Source: Octopus vulgaris (Eukaryota). Taken from it: a DNA stretch of 64,000 nucleotides. The notes under the pieces are model-generated. The model did not search any database. It had not been told where the DNA came from and saw nothing but the letters and a program-made list of their open reading frames with translations. Of the stretch, positions 39,549 to 53,107 are shown in pieces. The position numbers were made by a program, and so were the translations under genes. Positions within the stretch are counted from its first letter, which is position 1, and the number at the start of each line of letters is the position of its first letter. The stretch spans positions 93,434,001 to 93,498,000 of the forward strand of contig OX597819.1 of the NCBI GenBank assembly GCA_951406725.2, in the 5' to 3' direction.

Positions 39549-39966
39549 GGCGTAGGAGTGGCTATGTGGTAAGTAGCTTGCTAACCAACCACATGGTTCC
39601 GGGTTCAGTCCCACTGCGTGGCATCTTGGGCAAGTGTCTTCTGCTATAGCCCCGGGCCGACCAATGCCTTGTGAGTGGATTTGGTAGACGGAAACTGAAA
39701 GAAGCCTGTCGTATATATGTATATATATATATAAGTGTGTGTGTATATGTTTGTGTGTCTGTGTTTATCCCCCTAACATTGCTTGACAACCGATGCTGGT
39801 GTGTTTACGTCCCCGTCACTTAGCGGTTCGGCAAAAGAGACCGATAGAATAAGTACTGGGCCTACAAAGAATAAGTCCTGGGGTCGATTTGCTCGACTAA
39901 AGGCGGTGCTCCAGCATAGCCACAGTCAAATGACTGAAACAAGTAAAAGAGAGTAAAAGAAAAGAG
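39549..39966 (+). mobile_element. SINE family A, full length, least diverged copy
   Basis: ggcgtaggagtggctatgtggtaag...ggttccgggttcagtcccactgcgtggc...; CpGs retained; tail (gtaaaaga)n. Confidence 0.93.
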
Positions 39967-40142
39967 AGGTAAGCATGATCCAGGAATCTGAGTGTAGGAA
40001 GTTAGTAAGCTTCAAACATTTAGGCAGCTACTATATGACTAAAAATGTATAATTTACAAGAGAATATATTTATTAACATACACTTCTTCCCATATCAAAA
40101 TTAAAAGGAATTTCAATAGGCATGCATATATATATATATATA

Positions 40143-40376
40143 AGTTCAGTAAAAATTTAGATTCAGATGAATATGGTACTTAACTTGAAGGTACCAGAAT
40201 TTAGTATGGTATTATCTACACAATTTAAAATAAGGTGATTATAATCAAAATAAGCAACAAGGATATCCAGAGGTAATGCAGTACGATCGTTTCATGCAAC
40301 TCTATTTAATTGAACAATGCAAACATTACATCAATTTAAAATGTAGAGCAATCTTCAACTGCACAAAAATATAGAA

Positions 40377-40382
<6 letters not shown>
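40143..40382 (-). mobile_element. Short non-autonomous element between two (TA)n tracts, carrying an HHR (related to 3153-3290)
   Basis: Shares atttaatYgaacaatRcaaRcattaYatcaattt with 3218-3251. Confidence 0.6.
40277..40363 (-). ncRNA. Type I hammerhead ribozyme-like motif (core variant UUGAAGA, C3U)
   Basis: UGCAG-UUGAAGA-U-[UGCUCUA...UAGAGUUGCA long stem II]-U-GAA-ACGAUCGU-A-CUGCA; stem I 5 bp, fully palindromic stem III, GUA site. Confidence 0.8.
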
Positions 40383-40426
<44 letters not shown>

Positions 40427-41522
40427 TGTATCCATGTATTAAGCTATATTTAATATATATAGATGATTGTTGTCTCCTAGTGTCTCCTCATTGTCGATGG
40501 CATTTCTATCTTTCCTTCCATGATCTCTCAGATGACTATTCAGTCCCACTGCAGGGATCTTCATAGTTTGAAGCATAGGTGATAGACAACACATAATGCA
40601 AACCCACTAATTTTTTCATAATACAGTTTTAAATTAAAACCTTCCAAAATAATTTCATTTCTGAAGAATGTTCTAAACATTAGCTTAATAATGAGGAATA
40701 TTAGTTACTTTATTAAAACCTCACCTCATGTTTTGATTATTTTCAGAATTAATTGGGAATTATGTTTCAGGAGAAATATGATCATAAAAGAGTTAATGTT
40801 CAATTAGTCAAGTTTATTAGGTCAGTTGGGATGACATACTAAGAGAAAAACCTGTTTGAATGAGATTTTAGTTTCACCTAGCTATCATAAGTACTGAGAA
40901 AGATATTATTTCATTATCAAATTTATATTAAGTAGCGCCATTGTCAGTTCTACTTTTATATATCTGGAAGAAACAGAGAAGTTGTCAAGCAAACATGAAC
41001 AATTCATACGGCTTCAGACATATCATAATTCACTCTGTTCTGGGATTTTGTTGTTGTACATTTTATTGTTGACCAAATGGTGTACAGAACAGTAGTTAGG
41101 ACAACTTTAGTCTTTTTGTTTTTTTATCTCTATGAACCTGTAAAACTGGCAAATCTGCAGAGATGTTATTAAGGTAATGAATAAAGTGCCTGTTTTTTGT
41201 TCTGGTTCTCAGCACCCTGACTTCAAATCCTGATGGGTTTAGCTTTGCCTTTGCTCTTTCCAGGGTCAATAAATAAAATACAAGTCATGTGTTGAGTCCT
41301 TTTCTCCTATCACCATCTCCCCTCTTGCTTGCTTTCTCTTTCTTTGGACTAAACCATTAAATAAAATAATCAGGGCCAGTACCAGATTTAGACTTGGTGA
41401 AATTCTAACTTATATAAAATTTATAAAGGCCCCTTATAAAGAAATTACAAATATTAGAAGCAATTTTTTAATTATTTCATAACTCATTGGATTATGACCC
41501 CTAAGCAGGAGTTTGTTTAGCT

Positions 41523-42138
41523 CAGTGGCTCTCAACCACAGTTCATACAATCCCTTAGAGTCCCTGTAAGATTTCTGGAGGTCCACACAAGTAAAATAGT
41601 AAATTGGATCTACTGTAGTATTTTATGGGTCTATTGAAAAATGTTTGCTTTAAATCTATTTATTATAAGAAACACCTAGGTTTCTTTCTCTTTCAACCAA
41701 CAAAAGTGAATGTATGATAAACAAAATAGGAATTTCAAAACCAATATCTACAAAACTAGTGTTTAAAGCATTGAATGACTGTTGGGATCCACCAGAATAG
41801 AATAGTGTGGAGGCACATGGACTCGCGGGTTCGAATCTCAGACCGGACGATGTGTGTGTTTATGAGTGAAACACCTAAGTTACACGCGGCTCCAGCAGAA
41901 GGTAATGGCGAACTTCTGCTGACTCTTTTGCCACAACTTTCTCTCACTCTTTCCTCCTGCATCTTGCAGCTCACCTGCAACGGACCGGTGTCCAGTCCAG
42001 GTGGGGAACCTATACGCCAAGGAAACTGGGAAACTGGCCCTTATGAGCCAGGCATGGCTCGAGAAGGAACAAACAACAACAACAGAATAGAATAGTAATC
42101 AAAGAAATCCATTTGTTATAAATGGTTGAGAACTACAG
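41523..42138 (+). mobile_element. hAT-type MITE with 8-bp TSD gtttagct, interrupted by a SINE
   Basis: TIRs cagtggctctcaacc / ggttgagaactacag; TSD at 41515-41522 and 42139-42146. Confidence 0.88.
41807..42082 (+). mobile_element. SINE family C (internally deleted head) with 14-bp TSD
   Basis: TSD cagaatagaatagt at 41793-41806 and 42083-42096; (AAC)n tail. Confidence 0.88.
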
Positions 42139-42195
42139 GTTTAGCTTACACTTAAATATTCATACTATCTGAGACTATATTATACTAACGCATCA

Positions 42196-42500
42196 AGGTG
42201 GCAAGCTGGCAGAATTGTTAGCATGCTGGGCAAATGCTTGAGTGGTGTTTCATGTCTTTATGTTCTGAGTTCAAATGCCACCAGGGTCGACTTTGCCTTT
42301 CATCCTTTTGGGATCGATAAATTAAGTACCAGTTGTGTACTGGGGGCGATCTAATCGACTGGGCCCCTTCCCACAAAATTTCAGGTCTTGTGCCTAGAGT
42401 AGAAAAGGATTAATTAAGTACCAGTGAGACCCTGGGGTCGATGTAATCAACTGGTCCCCTCCCCCAAAATTTCAGGCCTTGTGCCTATAGTAGAAAGGAT
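42196..42500 (+). mobile_element. SINE family B, full length with duplicated 3' module
   Basis: Head ggtggcaagctggcagaattgttagc, B-box-like gagttcaaatgcc, gcctttcatccttttgggatcgataaattaagtaccag; 3' module repeated at 42412-42500. Confidence 0.85.
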
Positions 42501-42779
42501 TATTCTAATACATCCTTCCTTTTTTTTTTTTTTTAAGATTTAGAGATTTGAGGAATGAATAATTTGGCTGCTATTTCTAGCGGATCAAAGAATGGTTTAT
42601 TAGAGGCCTCCCTCAAAGACTCGTCAGGTTGCACTGTTATTATACATTAGTGACAGTTCAGTTGACTGAGCAGTTCTCTGTTTGATCTGTCCAGTTTTAA
42701 TACATAGTGCATCAATGATTAGTAACAGCACTTACAGCAACAGTTGCAGCAACAGTAGTGGCAGTAGAGTTTATAAACT

Positions 42780-43100
42780 AGTAGATGGTGGCGGTAGAGG
42801 GGGAGATAGCTGTATTGGTGGCAGTGAACATGTAGCGATGGTAATGGTGGTGGTGGTGGTGTTGTTGTTGTTGGTGTTGGTGGTGATGGTGGTGGTGGTA
42901 ATGGTTGTCGTGGCAATGGCTGGTTAGTGGTAGCTGGTTTTTGTAGCAGTTGTGGTTGAGGAGTAAGTGGTATTGATGGTAAAAGGATGAGGTAGTAGCT
43001 TTCATGGTGGTGAAAAGAAACTATTGGCTTTCTTAGTAGTAGCTCAGGTTGCAGTGGTGATGAAGGTGGCTCAGATTATAGAAGTGGTGATTGTATGGTG

Positions 43101-43132
<32 letters not shown>

Positions 43133-43330
43133 GGGGGGCGGTGGTCGTCGTCATCATTGTAGTAGTGGTGTTGGTGGTGGTGGTAGTGGTGGTGGTGGTG
43201 GTGGTAGTGGTGGTTGCGGTAGTGGTTGTCGTCATCATTGTAGTAGTAGTAGTAGTAGTGAGAGGATAGGATACTTTTTATACTATTGGTAGTGGTGGTA
43301 ATGATATGTGACATGTAGTGGTGGTGGCCA
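42780..43330. repeat. (GGT)n/(AGT)n/(GTT)n low-complexity tract
   Basis: Direct observation. Confidence 0.9.
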
Positions 43331-43369
43331 TATATTGATAGATGGATAGCAGATCTATCCATCTATCAA

Positions 43370-43608
43370 TATATGCATATATATACATATATATATAGAT
43401 GTGTATATAAATATATGCATACACCCCACCCACACATATATATATATATATATTTACATATGTATATACAAACATAAATACATATATAAACATATTTATA
43501 TACCTATATCTCTTTATATATATATATATATACATATATAAAAATACACACACACATATATACATATATATATATGTATATATATATATATGTATATATG
43601 TATGTATA

Positions 43609-43656
<48 letters not shown>
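43370..43656. repeat. (TA)n compound microsatellite
   Basis: Direct observation. Confidence 0.95.
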
Positions 43657-43660
<4 letters not shown>

Positions 43661-44692
43661 AAAGTACTCATGATAATGGTGTTGGTTAGTTTTGTCATGC
43701 ATCAAATAAAAACTAGTTGACAATCAGACAAACAGACAGACATATCCATCAACACATAGTGTTTATGAAATGGAAATCTCTTGCATCAGAAGCAGAAGAG
43801 AAAAATCAGTCAACCTCTGCGAAAGAGGAATAGTAAGAAATACACAGAGAGAGGGAGAGGAGAGAGAGAGAGAGTGAGTGAGAGAATGAGAGAGCGAGAG
43901 AGCAAAATGCATCCATACCAATCAAGGTATCATATCATGCCATAGCATGATAAACTATACCATGTATTTCACTGCTTTGTTTTTGTTGTTGTTGTTGTTG
44001 TCGTCATTGTTGTTGTTGAAATGATGCTGTAATGGAATTGTCAATTATAAAGGTAAGAGACAGAGGACAAGTCAGAGTAAACGATGAATTTTTATGCATG
44101 CAGAGTACTTCTCTTTCAAACAAAACAAAAAAAATCAACAGATTGCATCACGAAGTACACAATGCACACCTTATTCTAGGGAAGACTAGCTAGCTCTCCC
44201 TTGAGATTCCTGATAGACATTGATATAAAACCCATAATGGATTAAGCATAAAACCACAGCTGACATGATATAGCTGAGAGGAGATTCATCAATAATATAA
44301 TCCTAAAGTTCTTTCATATGGATATTATTTCACAGAATATTTCAAATAATTCAATTGAAAGATATTCTACATTAGGTAGATGGGAAAGGAAAGAAGAGCA
44401 TTCTTTTTATTTTATTTTATTTTTTTTACATATTTCCCCACCCTAGTTTTTTTCACCCCTACCACTATAAACTCCCCCACCTTGCCATTATTCCCTGCTA
44501 GTGTTTTATTGTTTTTTTTTTCGTGTGTATGTGTGTTAATATGGTGATTGTGAAATTCTTGTTATCATGTTCGGCTTTCATCAAGCAAGACGGCAAAAGT
44601 GTTTAGCTTATTTTAGAGGGAAAATATGACATGAAAGGAATTTATTAATATACTTACTTTCTATTCTTTGTACATTTAAAAAAAAAAAAGAA

Positions 44693-45434
44693 ATATTTGT
44701 AACTGTTCCCTTGATACAGTTTCCAAATACATCTCTGTGTGTATACAAATAAATACATTTATGTATGCGTTTGCCTTGTATACACCCATATATATGCACA
44801 CATATATATACATATATATATATTTACATATTTATATATATATACATATGTATATGTATACACACACACACATTATACACATGCATGCACATCTAAAATA
44901 AATATAATTATTTTGATTATTAAATCAGATATATTTGTGTATATATATATGTATATATATATTATATATATGTATATATATACACCCTTTTACCTTTTTA
45001 CACATTATATACACATATATATATATATATATATATATACCCTTTTATGCTTTATATATATATATATATTTATATATGTATGTATTATGTATGTATTATG
45101 TATGTATGTATATGTGTATTGGGTCAGGAATTTAGTTCATATACACACACAAATGCACACTCACTCTCACAAAAAGACATATACACAGACAGATACAAAT
45201 TGGCATAAAACCAAACACAAAACACACACATAAATACTTACAAACCTTATTAGTAAACAGATAAACGGTTCAATATTCAATATATAAGCATTCACAAAAT
45301 TCAAGATATTGTAACATTTTGGGTAAGAAGGGCAAAGGATATGCCATATTGAACAGAAGAGGATAACACAAGAAACCCACATTCAGAAAGTGCCATTCTT
45401 ATTTATTACATAAGTAGTGTATTCTTTCATGTGA

Positions 45435-45484
<50 letters not shown>

Positions 45485-45590
45485 AACCATTCCCTTGATA
45501 CAGTTTCCAAATACATGTGTGTGTGTATACAAACAAATACATTTATGTATGTGTGTTGCACTGTATATACACAGACACACACATATATAT
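44693..45590. repeat. Direct duplication ~110 bp (44693-44800 and 45477-45590)
   Basis: atatttgtaac..ttcccttgatacagtttccaaatacat...gtgtgtatacaaa.aaatacatttatgtatg occurs twice. Confidence 0.85.
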
Positions 45591-45642
45591 GTATACATAT
45601 ATGTATTTTATATAGGATACATGTATGTAAGCATATTTATGC

Positions 45643-45673
<31 letters not shown>

Positions 45674-47517
45674 ATACAATATGTATATATACATAATATA
45701 GGTACATACATGATAATGATTGGATATGCAGATAAGTCTCTTTTTCATTTGCATTGAAGGTTTATATACACACACACCCATACATACATACATATATATT
45801 AATATACACAGGTACAGTTGTGTTTTTTGTTTATTTTGTTTTGCAAAACCATAAAAGCGATCAATGCAAGTTTGAGTTCGAAGTCTGTAGAGTGTGAAAT
45901 ATGTTTATCTATGTCTTAGAGAAACAAGAATGCATTCGTAGACCATGGTTCCATTTGGTCATCCTTTCATTTAGTGTGTAAGAAAGAATAGAAATGGAAT
46001 GACTCTCATTAAAGTAAATACTGCTAGCAGAGTAAAGCACAACACATTTAGTAACTCAAGGATCAGAGGCTAGAGGTACTTTTTTTTATTTTTTAATTTG
46101 ATGCTCGGGAAAGTGAGAAAGTCTTTTCAACAGAAAGGAATAAGAGAAAATAAACAGAGAGAGAATTATAAGCACAGCAATCCTCAAACTAGAAGCCTGG
46201 TTCAACTATCTGCATCTAAGTAGACACCTTAAAAGTCATGCAAACATCATATGGTAGTGTCAGAGGGAACGATGATTTTAATCTGCCAACTACTCATTTT
46301 CATGTATTTTCACATATTTTCTGCCTGCTAATGTTACTCAAAAAGCATTGACTGACTGAAGTTTCCATATATGAAACTTATCAAAGTTGGTTTATAGTGG
46401 AATCAAACATAAAACTCCATAGTTTACAGGAAACATTTTAACCACATGGCCATGCCAGCACCCATAAAATCTTGTTGTATTAAAGGCATTTGAATCAAAG
46501 TAAGACTCATTTCATTGTAAATGTTGTCATTGTGATGAAGGAGAAGCATCTGGTTTCAGAATCATTCACTTTAAATTCTTATAGAATTTTCATTGAAACT
46601 CTGGTTTGATTCTAAATGATGCAGAGAATGAAGCATAAAAAAAGCAAATATTACTCACACTGCTGTGAAGCCTCAAATTTAAACAGACACAGAATATAGA
46701 AAGTTGTGATGTTTGTGCTTTTACCATAGCAAATGCATTAGTGATGAAAGGAGAATGGTTTTGACTGAGAATCAAATCCAGATTACTGTGAGTGTGCGTG
46801 GCTTCTCCCCCTTATATTTGATATATAGTTATTTAGTTAGGAATATAGTTTGGGAAATGAAACCAGCTTTAGGTATTTTACTAATGGAGACAACATGTTG
46901 CCAAATTACATTGACTTTTTTTTTTGTTTTATTAAAGGAAAGAAATAGGAATTAAAATTCTTATCATCTCAGTTAATGTTCCAACAATATTTAGAATTGA
47001 AAACATAGATATAAAGGTTAGTTCTCTATAGCTTTAAGTTGGTTCTGTAAGATTAAATAACAATTATCAATGTTTTACAGTAACTTTAAGCTTAAACCTG
47101 ATATTGACTTCTAAAGTTCCTAAGATTGGTTTACTAAGCAAAGAGAAGGTTTATTACTTAACAGTGTGTTATTTCCATGCAGTAACATTGGTCATAGAAG
47201 TCCAATGTAATTATAGAAATAGCCTGTGTCTTTTGTATATCGTGATTTAATAAATGGGTGATCACATTAAAGGATTATTGAAATTTTTTTCTGTGTAAGT
47301 TTTGTAAGGGGAACAAATGAACAAACAGAACACATGACATTTGTAGATCACAGCAGACTGGTGAGATTAACTTGTTTGCAGTAGTTTAGTGTAGGTTTCA
47401 GTACCCAAAGTGGTTGCTCCCTTTCTTTAGCATAACATACCTTTGAATACTGCAAACACATTTTACACAGCCTGACACTCACCCCACTCCCCATCACATC
47501 ATCACCACCTTCTCTCT

Positions 47518-47554
<37 letters not shown>

Positions 47555-47619
47555 CCCCTCTCTCTCTCTCCGTTCTTTTCCCATTTGAGGCAACCTCAGT
47601 TGAGGTGTCATGTCCTGCC

Positions 47620-47850
47620 AGTTACTTGGTGACCTTGCTGTAGCTGGTGCCAAGTAAAAAGCAGCCAGTGCACTCTGTAAGGTGGTTGGTGTAAGGAAGG
47701 GCATCCAGTCATAGAAACCATGCCAAATCAGACAATAGGAACTGGTACAGTCTTCTGATTTGCCAGTTCCTGTTAAACTGTCCAACCCATATCAGCATAG
47801 ATAAGGAACATTAAATGATGACAACAGCAACAACGAATGATGATGATGAT
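47620..47850 (+). mobile_element. Short retroposon family D
   Basis: ggttggtgtaaggaagggcatccagtcatagaaacc...ccaacccatatcagcat...(gat)n. Confidence 0.75.
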
Positions 47851-49599
47851 GATATTATTACCATCATATGCTTGATATTCATCCAGAACATGCAAAAAGC
47901 ACAGGGTTGGAAAGGGCATCTAGAAAATTTTTCTTCTCGTGGGGAAAGGGAAATAAAACTGAAGGAAGTGCAAAGTCTTGGAGATGTAACACATAAGAGT
48001 GAGATATGAAGAGGGGTAGATGGAATATGTAGGACCGGGATTGTGATGGTATGAAGCTAGTGCAAAGGTGTTAAAGGCCATTTAAGAAGTAAGAGAAGAA
48101 AGAAATGTCACATGTGTAGGAATACTGGGAAGGATGGGAATTGAACCACAGGCTAGTGGCTCATGGCTTCTTGCAGTTTACTTTCAGTGAAGAATTCAAG
48201 CAGTCCGGCAGTAGCCATGCTTAAATGAAATTTTAAAAAAAATATAAATAAATAAAACAATGTTAAAAGAAAACAGAACAAATCAGGTTTTGATTTTGGC
48301 ATTGTCATAAATGCTAACAACATTGAAACAAGCTTGCTATACTTAAGAAAAAAAGGTTTACTCATTAGCAATTAAAGAGAGTTAACATGCACCTGAAGCT
48401 TAGTTTACCAAATAACTGAACTGTGCACCTATACTGAATGCATATACACCATCTCTCCACTGGAAACTCTCATTACTAAGCAGATGTATGATTATTTTAG
48501 TTCTCATAAATCTATAAGCATAATTTACAATCAATATACTTAACATGAATATTTGTGGCTGAAGAATTATGTGGAAATTTATGTGACTAGGTTTATGTTG
48601 ATTAATTAACACTCAATGAGAATCAGGTAAGGTTATCTACTGAGCAGACAGCTATATATGGTTTCTTCTAAAATCAGAAACTGGTGCATGTATAGTCTAG
48701 CAAACACAGGATTGCAGATGGAGAAAAATCTAGGTCATTTACTGGTGTTACCATTATTGATGAAAATCATCTGTAATATAATGCTTTGCCATTATATACC
48801 TTTTAGAATGTATATGATATTGAATCAGCCTTGATGGAATCTGGATAAAGTATTGAATATGACTGATAAGCCACTTATAAATCAAATCGGCACGATGTTA
48901 TGATGCTTATACTTAGATTAAGGGAAGTTAATGGGATTTACAAAATGTTGTCTGCTGATTGGATTGGCCAAAAAAAATAATCAGTGCAGTGATAAAAGAT
49001 GGATACAATAAACAAACTTTTAATCAAGATTAACACTTTATCCACAGACCCATTCAAGATAGTTAAAAAAAAGGGATTCAAGTTCTAGGTATATCGCTCC
49101 ACATCTGAGAAGCTAATGATGATATCTACAAACAAACAGATGATCCTTTAGACAGAGCTCCAGAAAGAGCAGTCAAATCTTTCTCAAATTACACACAACA
49201 GTTTTACTGCAAGGGCATATTGTTGGAATTATCCAGCAATGGACTTGCAGAGAGATATATAGATGGGGTGGGTATGGCTGAAATATCTTTGATTATAGGT
49301 TTGCATTATCAGAGCTGGTGTGGGGCTAAGGAACAACCACAATTCTAAATCCATAACACAACAGTCACCAATTGATAGTAGTATCCATCAGCCTAACTGC
49401 AGGTAAAAAAAAAACACCAAGAAGATATTCTCATTTTAATTGGTATAAAATTATCAGTCATAATGCAAAATTATATGTAAGGGTGTTATATATTCCTGTT
49501 TGTTACCTAAATTGTAGCTGGAGCATTTAATCCTTCCTAATAGGCTTTTCACATGAAAACAATCCTTTTACTTGCTTTTTTTGAAATTCTATAAGAAAG

Positions 49600-49795
49600 A
49601 ACCCTACAGACAAATCTCCAGCATTTATTTTCCATTTTGTTTTTAATTCCACTCACAAAAATACCTCCAAAGCCAACCCTCTTTGACACTAAATGCAAAA
49701 CTTCTGAAAGAAAATACCCTGACAATATCCTTGCTTCCACTTTCAAATAGGGAAACACTAAGCTAGCTCCTGTTTTCACCAAAAATTTCTACTCT
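49600..49795 (+). mobile_element. Possible LINE ORF2 relic (pre-RT)
   Basis: PDNI..ST.K...KLAPVFTK.F resembles GPD.IP..LK...ELAP.L..LF. Confidence 0.4.
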
Positions 49796-49904
49796 GCTCT
49801 CAATTAATGATGTTACTTGATTTGTCAGAAATATTCACAATATTTCCCTCAAAGTGTACCCTATCATCTTAAAAAAAGGGATGTCAGAGACATATGATAA
49901 TGTG

Positions 49905-50280
49905 AGTCAAATGAAGTCATTGTTGTGGCCGATGGCAGTACCACCTAACTGACACCCATGCTGGTGGCACGTAAAAATCATCATTTGAGCGTGGTTGATG
50001 CCAGTGCTGCCTGACTGGTCCTGTGCTGGTGGCACGTAAACAGCACCATTGAAGCATTGTCAATACCAGTACTGCCAGACTGGCCCTTGTGCCAGTGCCA
50101 CATAAAAAGCGCCCACTAAACTCTCAGAGTGGTTGGTGTTAGGAAGGGCATCCAGCTGTAGAAACTTTGCCAGGTCAGATTGGAGCCTGGTACAGCCTTC
50201 TGGCTTGCTAGCCCTCATCTAAACCAGCCAACCCATGCCAGTATGGAAAGCAGGCATTAAACGATGATGATGATGATGAG
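49905..50280 (+). mobile_element. Short retroposon family D with three ~65-bp internal repeats
   Basis: Repeated tgctggtggcacgtaaa..cacc unit; tail aacccatgccagtatggaaagcaggcattaaacgatgatg. Confidence 0.8.
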
Positions 50281-50484
50281 TCCTAGATGTACTAAAGACA
50301 ATAAGGTTTTCAAGATGAAGCTGCCTTTTAGCACAGGCTTATTTAATCAGGCTGATTTGGGGATTAAAAAATAGCAAAACAACCAACCATGATTGTTTCT
50401 CTATGCTTATCTAACAAGCTAATCTTATAAGTATACAATTTTTGTTGCCATGGTCAAGAGTAAAGTTAGTTAATTACTTAAGCC

Positions 50485-50775
50485 TTTTGCTCCCTATGGA
50501 ACATAATCCATTGACAAGTTATCTCAACTTTTCTCAATTCTGGGCCGTCATCTTCCAGGTTTTGTCCTTGATGCTTCTGCAGCTCTACATATTTTTCTAG
50601 GTAGGAATGCTGACCCTATGCAAACCCATTTTTACCTCTGGCAAGAAATGATTAGTATTAGTCTAGTCTCAATCCTTTGACTGGTCCAGCATGAGGACTC
50701 CTGTCAAGAGCTTGTGCTCCACTAACTTAGCTCTCGAGATCATTAAGGCACACAACCACCACATCACAACAAGGA
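50485..50775 (-). mobile_element. Non-autonomous RTE-derived element (5' UTR-like part)
   Basis: Minus strand ccttgttgtgatgtggtggttgtgtgccttaatgatctcgagagctaag resembles the conserved RTE 5' UTR motif. Confidence 0.5.
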
Positions 50776-51324
50776 TTAGACTGGACCTTGTGGTGAAAGG
50801 TTAAGATAAGGTGGGGTATATAATTCATAAGAATTAGACTACTACAAGGTTTTTTCACTCACTTGTATTAGAAAAACACATAAAAATATAACATTTTTAT
50901 TTTCTTTAGATTAAAATATTTTTATGTATATCAATGTATTTTATCTCATATGAAATATTAAGAATTAATATTGTGGATTATAACTGATTATCTACACTTG
51001 TAGCCATTCTAAGATGTTTCTTGTTATGTATAGTCTTTTAAGACAACTTAGGCTAATGTACTATTCATAATCTTTTGCGATAAAATGTAATTTTTAACTG
51101 GCTTCTTAATGTTAGCATATATGAATTTCTTGTACATAAAAATACTATACTATGTATCAGATATGATATGTGAGCTACTGAGATTAAATATTCTATTTGC
51201 TGGCTAAAAATTTACAAATTATTCGTTTTATTTCAAGAGTTATGTGGAATCACATTTATGTGTGAATGTGAATGTGCGTGTGTGCATGTGCGTATGTGTG
51301 TGTGCATGTGAGAGAGAGAGTAAC

Positions 51325-51553
51325 AGACAGTGTGTGTGCGCGTTTGTGTTTGTATTTGTCTCCCTACTCACATGATAGCTGGTACTAGTTTGTTTGAATT
51401 CCTATAACTTATCAGTTTGGCAAAAAGAAGCAACAGAATTAGTACCAGATTTAAAGAATAAGTCCTGGTGTCAAACTTGCTCGACTAAACTTCCCAAGAT
51501 GGTGCCACAGCATAGGCACAATCCAATAACTGAACCAAGTAAAAGATAAAAGA
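51325..51553 (+). mobile_element. SINE family A 3' half
   Basis: Tail motifs aagaataagtcctggtgtc...tcgactaa...caagtaaaagataaaaga. Confidence 0.75.
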
Positions 51554-51904
51554 TTTATTTATTTATTTAGTAATTTCTTATCTTTAAGTCGGTAGGGGAT
51601 TTAGTTGGCATGACTCTTTACAGGGCCTCCAAGACTGATGAGTGAGGTGGAGAGAAGCATTCTCTAATCAGAGACCTAGGCTAAATACTTGAAACTGAGT
51701 GAACTTTGCTGAAGGTCTACAGACACCCAATGTGTCAGACTGTGGGTAATGGGTTAACTACTATACAAATAGACCATAGATGGATTTGAACTCACAACAC
51801 AAAGAACTGCAAGAAGTACCACAAGGTGTCTAGTATTATGTTTTTACAATTCCAATCCAGCATCCTGAAAGGGAACCTTTTTTCTTCAAATCTGGTTAGA
51901 TAAA

Positions 51905-52208
51905 AGCAGCATTGACTTCAGTGTGATTATGAAGTATTATAAGATTAGATGGCACTGACTCAACCTGTTAAAAATAGCAGTTAAACCTCTCTCAAATCTC
52001 ACCTTAATGGTGCACTGGATAATGCCATCCAATTGACCACCCAAAAATGGAACTTTTCTTTTCAGCATTGGGAAGATGAGAGGCAGCACTGACCTCAGCA
52101 AGATTATAAAGCTTTATAAGATAAGATGGCATTGACTTGACCTGTTAAAAATAGCAGTTAAATTTTCTGCAAAAATCTCACCCCAGTCTTGCATTGGATA
52201 ATGTCATT
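51905..52208. repeat. Tandem duplication, period ~177 bp
   Basis: gcagcaYtgacYtcag...tataagatWagatggcaYtgact..acctgttaaaaatagcagttaaa...ggataatg at 51905 and 52082. Confidence 0.85.
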
Positions 52209-53107
52209 ATGGATAAACAAAAAATTGGATAATTGTAACTAGAATCTTCTTAATATAGACCAGCCTCGTCAAAAGTGAGGTTAGGTTAAATGACAGCAAT
52301 AACAACAACATCATATCCATGAAGAATGCTTAATTTCACATGGCTAACGTGTCATTTGTTTTCTGATTTAGAATTTTATTAATTTTCATTAGTCTTCATT
52401 TATTCTTTTACCCTATTTACCATTTCTCTTTCTTTTCAATTATATACCATTCGTCTTCATTTGTGAAGTCTTCCCATCATATGTGCATGTGTTAGCGTGC
52501 GTGCGGGCGGGCGCACGCATACGTGTGTGTGTGTGCATGTGTGTGTTTTGCATATCATCAAGTATATTTTTCATTTTCTACTATTTGCTGCATTACTTTC
52601 CCATTTACTCCTAAAGCCAATTCTAGCTATCTAATTTCAAATCTTATTTGGCACACTTCTAATTAAGTTTGTAGCAATCAACTGCTCAGAACATTAGTTT
52701 TTGTCTAAATCTTAGCTTCCATTCCCATCATATTGTCTATCTAGCATTACAAATTACATTTTACTCAGTGCAGTAAACAAGCACATAATATCATCAAACT
52801 CATTCACCATTGAAAACTTAGCCTGTAGCTTAGATTTGTTCAGTTTCCTCGAGACATAATAGATATACAAACTAAGATCTTTGATAACAGAGCTGTGGAA
52901 TTAAATCGTCTATTGGAAATGTTTAAACATTTAGTTTCTTTATTTCAAGCATTGTCATTTTCATTCCAAAAGTACTGAAGGCAGGTAAGGTAGCAGAGGA
53001 AGCAAAAAGAAAAAAAAACAGCCCCAAAAAACCCATAATCTCTGAACTCAAAAGTTAGTTTCGTTATTCTGTATTTGAAGTTCAAATTTTACTGGGGTAT
53101 ACTTTAA

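Noticed and set aside
42682-43362. Gly/Val/His-rich ORFs
   Set aside because: Products of the (GGT)n/(AGT)n low-complexity tract.
46731-46787. Plus-strand candidate exon (ttttaccatag...gtgagt)
   Set aside because: Splice-like signals only; peptide unrecognised.
49920-50110. CRISPR-like spaced repeats
   Set aside because: Whole ~65-bp units are similar with no unique spacers; internal tandem repeats of a eukaryotic retroposon.
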